A DNA stretch of 56,699 nucleotides, the filler included, from Sluysia triapertura (lineage: Eukaryota): NCBI GenBank assembly GCA_046118255.1. It is 4 parts of 4 records of this genome, joined end to end, with 100 filler letters (N's around TTAATTAATTAA, not from the genome) between each part and the next. Parts side by side here need not be neighbours in the genome. Positions count along the whole stretch, not along the records: positions 1 to 15,567 come from JBJNIA010224684.1; positions 15,668 to 32,857 come from JBJNIA010191162.1; 2 more parts are not named here. One strand, written 5' to 3'. Of the stretch, positions 11,859 through 22,429 are shown piece by piece (the first letter of the stretch is position 1; the number at the start of each line of letters is the position of its first letter). The translations under genes and the position numbers were made by a program. The notes beneath the pieces are model-generated. The model was not told the DNA's origin. It saw only the letters and a program-made list of their open reading frames with translations, and did not search any database.

Positions 11859-14430
11859 TGTGGTGGCCCAGCCTACACCTATGTAAATATCACATCAATC
11901 ATAACATTCTTCGACACAAACCTCATTACAAAAAATTACATTATAACAAGTCTCACCTATATCATTCACAACATTACAACACTCATCCTTAAAAAATCAC
12001 TCATGCCTAACAAAATCTTTTTGCTAACAAAACACAGCGCATTGTCATCTTGCCATCATTGTGAACATTTATGTAGTATAATTGTAGACTAATCCTAACA
12101 TTATCCATTTGTGATTATACAAATAAAGTTCAATAATTTTGTAATTTATCGAGTCGATATTAAATTTAAACTTAATCATCTATCGTTAATGGATTGTGAA
12201 AATAAATCAAAGACAATGAAATAAATCAACGAAATGAAGTTTATATGCAACCAAGAGAATATTTAAATCAGAGAATACGTTTCTAAATTACATATTTTTT
12301 ACATTTAATACAATTTTTTTAAAAGGTGAAAATGCTCGTTTACAAAAAAAGATATCAGAAATGAAAATAGAAAATGACGAAATAGTAAGAAATTTAAATT
12401 GTTGATTTAGGTAATTAGAAGATGAAAAGAAAGGCTTATGCATATTTAATGAACAATATTAAAAAAATTAAAGAAATTAAAGAAAGAAGTAAAATGAAAT
12501 AAAGATTCATTTTTAATTTGATAAATCACAAAATATTAGTTTAAAAAGTAACGCCTATACTTAAATTGAATGCTGTCAATAACATGGAAAGTGAAGATAA
12601 AATTGATAAGGAAGAGTTACTGGCGGGTTTACCAAAAAATTATGAAGAATTTATAAAATATTACAAATTGTTGAATTGGCCTATTTCAATAACACCAGAA
12701 TTAATTTCACATTTATATGAAGAAACGAGCGAATATCAGAAAAAAGAAGCTATTTATGAATGGGAAGAAGGACGACAAGAATACGAAAGGGGATTATTTG
12801 ATGTAGCCCCAGATGTTATAAACATACACCAAGATTTACAAGAAAGTAGGTTTTAGAATGTAGAAGAATTTCAAAATTTAGTTTATTCAGTCAGAAAATT
12901 ACCCAGTGCGGTCGATGCGTATTGCGGTTTGACCCAAAATCAACCTATGGAAACAAAGTAATTCGTCGAATTTCGTTTAAATTTTAGAGATACTGCATTA
13001 ACAGTACGAACAGCGTCTGGAGCAATAATGCACCGAGGTTCTTTAGGAGGTTCCAGTCGAGAAGTTGGTCTGAATGCGTGATGACTCGAGGCATTTCAAA
13101 ACAGTCACGGAAGGAAGAGATAATTAAATCGCTATAAGCAAAGCAATACAACTCTAATGTGGCGGAGACCCGTAGGTTAAATCTTGTGTTTTTAGAACCG
13201 AGCAGTCTCAACTTTAGTTCCAAGTTTGGCAAAAAAACATACGATAATTTTGTTTTTTTATTGTGTGGTTAATAAACGTGAGGTTAATCTCGCGTCGGGT
13301 ATCAAATAATGGCGCCCTTGTCCTAAAAAGAGATCAAGAGTACAAAGTTTTCGAAGTCGATCAATCGTATAAAAGCATTTGTTTAAACTTCGTAATTAAA
13401 CCGCTAAAAGGTATTCATATCGGACGAGGACGACCTTTATTTGATACTGACGACGAGCCACTGAGTTTACCAGTTTATAACGTTGTTTCTCATCTGAATT
13501 TTTATGCTTTTATTTTCGTATTTAAAATCACGCGTATGATGCATCATTATCATGATGATGATTTCACTTGTACGATATGCTTCCATAAGTTGTCTATCGA
13601 GACTAGTAATAATTTTGTATAATTTTAAATAATTTTAAAAGTGAAAAAATGTGTAAGGTTGACGCTTATATGGCAAATGAATACGTCCATAAGAGGATGA
13701 AACCTACTAAGATTTATTGTGACCATATTGTTTTTCATTCTCAATAAAATACTCGGATTATTTTTACGTTTTATAGTGTTGACGTAAATTTTGATTATGT
13801 AGTTATCATTTCAGATAATTTAAAACTAAAAAGGCGAGTAAAGTTAATACGAACCGATTAAATGAACGTATTCATGGAGGTCAATATAATGTCTTGAACA
13901 ATTTTGAAATTCGCAGTAGTGACATCACTATTTACATTTTGTATAAAGTTTTTATTACTTCTACGTCTTATTGTACAAATCATATTTTTCGAAGTTTTGA
14001 GATAAGTACATACGATGACTTCATACTCGATAAATCCGCTGCCTGTAATGAACGTAAGTTTTATATGATTACGGTTGTGCACTTTTTGAATGTGTCGCCA
14101 ATTTTTATAAGGTTTGTCCGATTTATCTATAATAAAAAATTCTCGGGTTGTTGTTACTTCAGAGTTTGTTTCCATAAAAGAATTTTTGAGTGCCTTAAGC
14201 ACCAGATTTATAATAACCTTTATTTTTATGTAAATGAAACCTTTTACAACGACTCAAACAAGAACAGAAATAATGATACTTTTAATTTCATAAATAATAA
14301 AACTAAATTTACAATACCAAACTATTAAGTTAACTATTAATATTATATCAAAATATTAGCACGATTTTAAAGGCAAATATTAAATTACCGAAATGCTTTA
14401 GTGATTTAATTATACTTTACTTATCTTAAA
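11859..14430 (+). mobile_element. Decayed element: C/A-skewed LTR-like start followed by broken orphan ORFs
   Basis: TGTGGTGGCCCAGCC start and C/A-rich leader, then intronless plus-strand ORF fragments (12566-12856, 13263-13622, 13894-14328) separated by stops and frameshifts. Confidence 0.35.
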
Positions 14431-15567
14431 CAGGCAAAACATAAATATGCGTAAACTGAAGCTGATATCTTAATGATTGAAAAGAGAATTACAATAACTG
14501 TGACTCGTGACTTATACATATAACTATAATGTTTCAATTATTAATCTTTGTGCAGTATATCTCGACTAATTTTATTTTAAATTTGAGTTCGTACTTTACA
14601 AATGTTTTACTTTCCAAAAATATCTGAACTGTCAAAAAGTATTTCCAAAATGTGATTCTCTCCGATTCTCTGTGATGAACTTTTAAAACCCTTGTAATTT
14701 TTAACTTTCAGCTTATTTTGTTATAATTCTTATATAAAATTGTTTCCCCATTTCAAATCAGTATTAATAATAATAAAGTAAATATTATTATTACAACTGT
14801 TTTCTAATTTTTCTTAACTCGAAGAAAAATAATAAACATCAGGGTTCGCCTACTGTCGATGCATTATATCTCTCTGGAGGACCTTTGCTTCAAGCCGAAC
14901 ATCACTTTTGTTTTGAAAATATAACTTGTTTAAATACTTCTTTTCGTAAAGATTTCTATTACATATCATTGTTTTTATTATTTTCGAAATTAAAAACTAT
15001 TAAACACAAAACTATATTAATAACTGTATCACTAAAAGATGAATACGAACTATATATAAATGCATAAACAGAGCTGGAACGACGAAGAATTCTTTTTAAT
15101 TGAAATCAGTTTTCTTGATAAATGATTGCCTAGAGTGATTAACCAATTAACCACAAGATACTTTATCTAATCAATAACAAGTCAAAATTCGAATAGATTT
15201 TATCCGATGATTTCTTTAATCAAATACTAAACGTCACAAATCTTATGTACAAATTTTTATTCTACATAAATCGAATTTTTTTTGAATTTTATTTTACTCT
15301 TGTGTTATTATTGTGAGATTTGTAGATTTTTATCATTTACGTATTGTAGAATGTTTGCCAAGCAATTAATTTTAAAGTAATTAATCTTTTATTTATATTA
15401 TACAAATTAAATTAACATTTACTCAAATGTTTGAACTTTTCTAATCAGTTTTAATTAGACAAAATAATTCAGATTAATTCTTATTTATTTTTAATTAATT
15501 CTAGATTTGATATTTGGTTTCTTTTAATTAATTTAATGAATTTAGATTTCACATAAAATTGAGTTAG

Positions 15568-15667
15568 NNNNNNNNNNNNNNNNNNNNNNNNNNNNNNNNN
15601 NNNNNNNNNNNTTAATTAATTAANNNNNNNNNNNNNNNNNNNNNNNNNNNNNNNNNNNNNNNNNNNN
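15568..15667. other. 100-nt scaffold gap with TTAATTAATTAA linker
   Basis: N run with a six-frame stop spacer at 15612-15623. Confidence 0.95.

Positions 15668-15738
<71 letters not shown>
15668..15738. repeat. (AAT)n microsatellite at contig end
   Basis: Perfect run abutting the gap. Confidence 0.95.
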
Positions 15739-15739
<1 letters not shown>

Positions 15740-17979
15740 TAGGAATGGAATTTAAATTTCTTGAAGGAACATCGCTTAATTTTTGAGATCTCAAGTGGTA
15801 CTGCATTATTTGGCCATTAGTCACAACAGAGTATGTCTACATAACTTGAGAAGTAATTGGACATGGAATGATTTTATAAATACTTTAAACTTTTCTAAAT
15901 GATAGGATATCAGAATTTGTCAATTTCAATTAAAATTCGGTCATTTAGCTGCATGACCAAGACATTATCTATATGTCGGATAAAGAGGAAAAAGAACCCT
16001 TTCATTCATAAAAGGGTTTATCAGCATCAAATGGTCCATGTTGCTGCCAGTAATAATTGAAAGTGTTTTCTTTTTAAAAATGAACTTACAAAATAAAATA
16101 TATTAGGGTTCGTCTATAGTTAACGATGTATACCTTCGTAGTAGACGCTTCTATAGGATTTAGAATAAGTTTTAATTTTCATGATGGACTAAATTCAAAG
16201 TTAGTGCAGTTTCTACTCTAGCTATAGATTTATATCGATTGAGTATTTCTTATTACTTTCTGCAGCATGTGGTCGAATCATATGGATTCTCTAGAATTTA
16301 ATGTGAAGGGATTTGTCAAAATAATATTGTAAAATTTAAAAGTTATGTATGCATTGTGTTTAAACGAATTCTTACTCTCTAGTTTAGTTATACATTAATA
16401 ATGTATACTTGGAAGATATCAAGTTTTATTTGGACGATCAAGATTCTAAAGGTTAAATTATTGTTAATGTAAACTTCTTTAATAATATATGTACTCTATA
16501 TTAATATATTAGCTTTATTTTTTCTCAAAGTACGATTTATTATTATTATAAACTTCTAACAAACTTATTCTACAATTGATATCTATATTCTATATGTTAA
16601 ACTTATCTTCTCTGGAAATATAAATTCGAATACTCGTTCCAGTTGTTTGAGATGGAAGTGCCTTCTGTTACTCTGGAGTTAATTTACTCAAATACTTTAA
16701 TTTTATCTAAAAGACTTTATCTTATTTATAAAAAAATTTATCCGATTTGCTTTTAAAAAAATTTTTTGGACTTTAAATCCTTTGATACAATTTGTATGAA
16801 CTTTTAATATGTTTTCCTTCTATCTTTCACTCAACTTTTTAAAATTTTTTTACTGACTGCTCTATTTTCAGTCCCTCAAAGAAAATAAATAAGACTATAC
16901 GATAGAATTTACTTTAAAATATAATAGTTTACAATTACTTTTATTGATAAACAAGCAGACAATTTAGTTTGTTAATTTTTCTATTCAGATTAAAATCACT
17001 GACTCTTTTTTTTCTTTTTAAAAAAAACCGGGATAAGATCAGATCCCCTTTATGATCAATCGTTGGTAACAAAGTAATTCTTCTGTGTTTTGATGAAACA
17101 CTTGATAACAAATTAATTCTTCGATTAACAGCGACGTAACATTAAAATTAAAAAAATCTGATTCTTTTCTTTATTTGTTATTATGTGTAGTTTGTCAAAT
17201 GACAGTAGTATTTAAACTGTCTTTCAAAATTTTGTTACTACACTTAATGATAATTAATTTATAAGTTTTATTTAAAGTAATTAATTCTTATCTGAATACG
17301 TGCAATATTATAGTTAATATACAATCAATAATAATATATACACAAATAATATATATACAATAGCAATTGATTTATCTGAATACATATAATTAATTTAATT
17401 TATTCTAGTTATACTTTAAATTATATTACGTACAAAATTTTTAATTTATTGATTATTAAAGAATTCTTAATAATTTTATTGATTATTAAAGAATTATTGT
17501 TATTATAATTATGTTATTGATTTGTTAAGAATTTAAATTACATTGCTTAATTATTTTATTGACATATAAACATTGCATACAGCCATTATAACATTATATT
17601 ACATACAACCATGCATACAACATTATAACATTATGTTATAATATAAAAACTTATTTCATTTAGTAATTTCTTAAATCTGAACCTCGTTAATCTACAAGTT
17701 GTTACAATTAACTTGTGTATGACTACTCCCTCAATCTGTTAACGGTTTTTTTTGTTAAGTTTGCTTATTTAGTTAAGTGTTTATTGAAAATTCATGTGTA
17801 TTAAATCAACTCCATATGTATTTCCTTTTTATCATTATTATATTAAACAGTCAAAACAACTAATATATATTAAAGATAATATTAAATATTATAGAGAGTG
17901 AAAGTTAGCTGAATAATCTGAGGCCTGTCTCGTAAATCCAAGGCATGATTAAATGCCACAAAAGCACCTTATCATGAAC

Positions 17980-18355
17980 GGAAAGAGGTGGCACATGGGT
18001 GAAAGATGTGCCACCTACCGCGATTGTCATGCTGGTAAAATTTAGGTAAAAAGATTGTGACCCAACAAGTGTTAATGAAGGTCAGGTTTTACTGTGCTTC
18101 TATTTTAACGAAGCATTTTTTATTCAATGAAGACTTGCGAAGAGATGAGAAACCATACGTCTGAATAAAAAGCAGTGTCACTTCAACTATGAGAGTAACT
18201 TTAACAAGCTCTCTAGCCATCGTGATGTACATCGCATCCAAATCATCGGGACATTTGCTAAGCCATGTAGGGAAATTCGAGGGTATTTATATTCAACTGG
18301 TTTTTAGAAAAAATGCAGGACATAAAAGTTTTTAAGTTGATCTTGGCTTGTAGTT
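17980..18355 (-). pseudogene. Decayed homolog of the orphan gypsy accessory ORF at 39190-40386
   Basis: Minus-strand fragments QAKI..KNFY, PAFF, PRISLHGLANVP..LDAMYITMARELVKV, FSSL..LNKKCFVKIEA, QSFLPKFYQHD and GGTSFTHVPP align in order with QARI..KNFY, PAFF, PLISLDGLSQIP..IDSLYLAVARGVVKV, FSSL..IHKKCNIVIEA, QSFLPNLYKED and NGTSFTHVPP. Confidence 0.85.
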
Positions 18356-18866
18356 GTTGAAAGAAGAAAAAATGTAGTTAGTTTTAAATGCTCTTATATA
18401 TTGATACTTGTAATTATTAACTCATAACTGGCCGCTAAAAATTCTTAATTGAGCCGCCGCTGAGCCGGGCCTTGTTTACATTTCAAACGTTTGAATACCT
18501 GCATTACACACCGCGATATGTGAATAAAAAATAACGTATTATTACGTCAACGGCTTCTGGATTTCGGACAAAATTGACGTACTACTATGTCAAAGGCCAA
18601 TAATGAGTTAATAGAATTTTAAAAACATCTTATTTTCTCTTAATAAAATGATTAAGTGGTTTTTTTAGTAATACACTTTTTGAAGGATGTTGAAAATATT
18701 TATGGTATTATTTTAATTTTGTTTTTAAAACTAGATTTTATTTTTCGTTTCCTTTCCATACTTATTATGAAAGATTATCTTTTAATTTTGCTTACTATTA
18801 ATTTTAATTTTAAATACTTTAAGCTGGCTTAAGGCCTAGCGAAACAAATTGATTTTAAGCGGTGAT

Positions 18867-20221
18867 TCAACCATTTAAACAAAAGCGAAGAACAATGCAT
18901 AAAATCATTTGAACAACAAATATCGATCTTACAAAATTCTGAAAGAAAAAACGTTTTGTCGTTTCATGAGAAACATTAATATGTGTGTTAACATTGATAA
19001 TATCAGAAATATCATGACCATTTGTACCTAAAAATCGACGAACACCAAAAGATAATGGTTTAAGTTCAACTTTATCACGTTTAATTCGAGCAATGTGCGA
19101 TAACATTATATTAAAACCTGCCTTAATAAATCTCAAAGTATAGTTTAAATCGTGATGTTCACTATAATTAAACTTTGATAGCAGCTTTATCATTTTACCT
19201 GCATATTCTATCCAATAATTTATAGCCTTTTTTAATTCGTAGAAATAAATATAGGCATAATGACTTAAAAATTTCATGATGCACGTAATCTAAATATTTA
19301 CTAAACTCTTTATAAAAAATATGCTTAATTAGAGTATAACATCATTTTATAATCAACGGTAGTTGTTGAATGAAATTGAATTGTGTTATAAATCTTAATT
19401 TATTTAAACATCTGATAGGAATTTCATATTAGCATAGTTGGACTAAAATTCATATTAACTGAAAATATTAGTTTATCGTAGGTTGACTTCAATTTTAAAT
19501 AATACCATGATAAATAACGAGTCCAGTTTTCTTGTTATTTGATAATATTTTTACATTATCTGCTGCCATATGTTTCGACCACTTTATTAAAATGTTGCAT
19601 AAAAAAGCCAAATACGCAATAAATTTAAATCAATCAATTAATATTATTTACAAGAATGTGTAACATTGAAATTTGTCCATTGTTGAACATTGGTAGAATG
19701 TTCCAAATCTTATTGCAAATTTTCTGCTTCTGCTTCTTTTAATATCAAAGCTTTTAAAGCTGCTGATTTGTCAACTGGTAATTGATGATAGCCTTCTATT
19801 GCTAGTTTAACACTATTAATTTATTTATCAATATTTGCAACATATTTTTTAATTTTTCAAAAAGAGATAATGGAAAAATTTCACCCTGATTTCAATTTCG
19901 CTTTTGTAAGCCATTAGATTTTCTTCATTAGTTCTGCATTTTTCATAATTAGACTTCATTCTTTTTGAAATCTTGCATTAGATTAATTTTCTTTGCAGAA
20001 TTTAGTAATTTTTTAATAGTATCATTAATATTTGAAAATTTTGAAGCACGAAATTTAATTTTTTTTGTAAATTTCTTGTCTGAGTTTAATTTTTTTACTA
20101 CAGATTGGTGATATTTATTATAAGAAGCTTCCAGAAACTTTATCACTTTCAAAAACATCATTAGTTTGACTTTGTGATGCAAATTAGTTGCGTAACGATC
20201 TATAATATCTATAAGATTCAA
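18867..20221 (-). pseudogene. Broken intronless orphan ORFs (coiled-coil-like fragments and a 136-aa ORF), probably TE cargo
   Basis: ORFs 19949-20221 and 18867-19277 with interrupted frames between them, preceded by a strongly T/G-skewed leader. No recognisable domain. Confidence 0.3.
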
Positions 20222-21208
20222 TAATAAATGTGAAAATTAAAAATAAAATTTAGAAACAAAAAAATTCCAAAAACCGAAATAATAAAACAAAGAAAGGATA
20301 AAAATGAGTAATAAAACAAGAATGAAAGTGAAAAAATAGAATAAAAAATAAAATACAAAATAGAATAAATATGACAATAATACAGTATGATATTATATTC
20401 GACGACAAAAATATAATAATACAAATATAGAGAATAAGATAAAAAATGAGAACAATATTAACAACAATGATACACCCCACAAACAAACATAAACACAAGT
20501 ACAAATATAATTCACTTCAATCTCATCTACAAACATTTCATCCATCTCATAACTTCATCACATTTTACTCAACTTACAAAATTCTGAATAACTGAATCAT
20601 TTAATATTTTTTAATAATATATATTAATAATAATTACATATTTTAATAATATATAAAATTATACTAATCTACGAATTATATTAATTACAAATGAATCATA
20701 CGTATTCTTGTTGATATTGCCTCCTTCGTCCACTTTGGCGGCACGCCTGAAAATCTAATTTATTATGTAGATATTTATATTTTAAAAATGTTGAAGCAGA
20801 ATTCTTTGTGAAACCTTTTAATGTTACAATTTTTGTGATAAGTTTGGTCAAAGAATGCATGTAAGTAAAAATGTATAATGATGCATTGTGAAGACAAAGA
20901 ATAAAGAATAAAGTTTTAAAGTTTTGTTTTAATATTTTACTTTTTTATGTATATTTTAAAATGTTAAAAATTTTGAAAACAATGGAAAAATCGTGCCAGT
21001 AAATGAAATTAATTTAGAGGATTCCGACTCAAGATATGTGCAGATTTCAGAACAAGGTAGTAAATTTTACCGGAAGATGTCTAAATTAACTGATTTTTTT
21101 CGAAAAGAGCTCTATTTTTCAGGCGTTCAGTTTCCATCAGTGTTACCTATTTTGTTGTATGATCTCTACAATTTTTATTTGCGTGAATTTGTTACTAAAT
21201 ATTTTGAA

Positions 21209-21800
21209 ATGAAATTCACGAAACTGGAAATTAGTAAAGAAATTAAATATGCATTACGAGAAATGGATATGAAAAAAATGAAACATGTAATGTGAAACAT
21301 AAAAGGAAAAATGTATTCCGGAATTGTTAAATGGTTTTGATTTAATGTGAGCTGCTAAAACCGGCAGTGGCAAAACATTGGCATTTTTGGTACCCATTGT
21401 AGAAAAGGTTTTAAGTGTGCCTCAAACTTCAAATTACGGTACCATAGTTCTTATTATTTCACCTACAAGAGAATTATCTGAACAAATTTATGGTGTCTTA
21501 GAAAAGTTGATATCAAAAACAGATATAAAAATTGACATAATTATAAATGGAAAGAACATGAAAAACCAAGGTAAATAATTAAAAGAAGGTATTTCGATTT
21601 TGGTCTCGACGTCCGGTCGACCTCTCATTTTTTATACGGTAAATGTGTAATATTAGTGATTGATGAAGCTGATGAACTTATGAGTCAAGGATTTTTAGAA
21701 GACGTCATTTATTTGTAGGAAATTACCAAAAAAATAGTCAAACTGCTTTGTTTTCGGCAACATTAAATATGAATAAAAAGAAAATGAAGAAATACCTTAG
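21209..21800 (+). pseudogene. Intronless disrupted DEAD-box RNA helicase (DDX18/HAS1-like) N-terminal domain
   Basis: Q-motif region F..L.IS, then AAKTGSGKTLAFLVP (I), IISPTRELSEQIY (Ia), STSGR (degenerate Ib), LVIDEAD (II) and FSAT (III). It has in-frame stops and frameshifts, no introns, and is truncated before domain 2. Confidence 0.85.
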
Positions 21801-22429
21801 AGAAGAAACCAAACATCTTGGGGAAATTTTTGTGTTAGGTTGTGTTGAAGTTTTGTTTAAGATTTTGTTTATGAGAAACTTGTTAGATTGTGTTGGGGTT
21901 TATCTATGATTATGCTTATAATAAGTATGTTTTGGCTTTGAGCTGACCACAAGCTGGGTGTAGTTGTTTAACTTATAGAAGTTGTCGTCTGTGGCGATTT
22001 TGTGAGGCACGATGATAAATTAGGTTCAGATCTCTTCAAACCGTTTCTCATTTTCAGTTAGAATTGGTTGAATGATATTTTCTTCTAATATATTTCTAGT
22101 AAATCTATAGGAAGGCGATGCTACACATATATTTAACGGTAAACGAATCTGATCACTGCAATTTCTTTTAATAGTAAATACTATACTCATTAATTGTATT
22201 CCTGTAATAGTGCAGAAGGAAAATAAAACAGCGTGTACATCTTTTAAGATTGAGTAATACTTTTTGGTAGTGTAGAGAAATTGAACAAATGGTGAAGCGT
22301 ATTTTTGATAAAATTGTAGTAAGGTTATAACTTAAATTAAGTGTTTGAAAATAAATTAAAATATTTAAGCTAAAAAAAATATTTTAAGCTAGGAAAAGAA
22401 AAACGGTCTTTATCGCCATTACTACATGA

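Noticed and set aside
15612-15623. TTAATTAATTAA palindrome repeated three times within N runs (also 32902, 45239)
   Set aside because: Artificial six-frame-stop scaffold linker, not biology.
20218-20504. Highly hydrophobic ORFs resembling membrane proteins
   Set aside because: By-product of a T-rich skewed non-coding tract; open in several frames.
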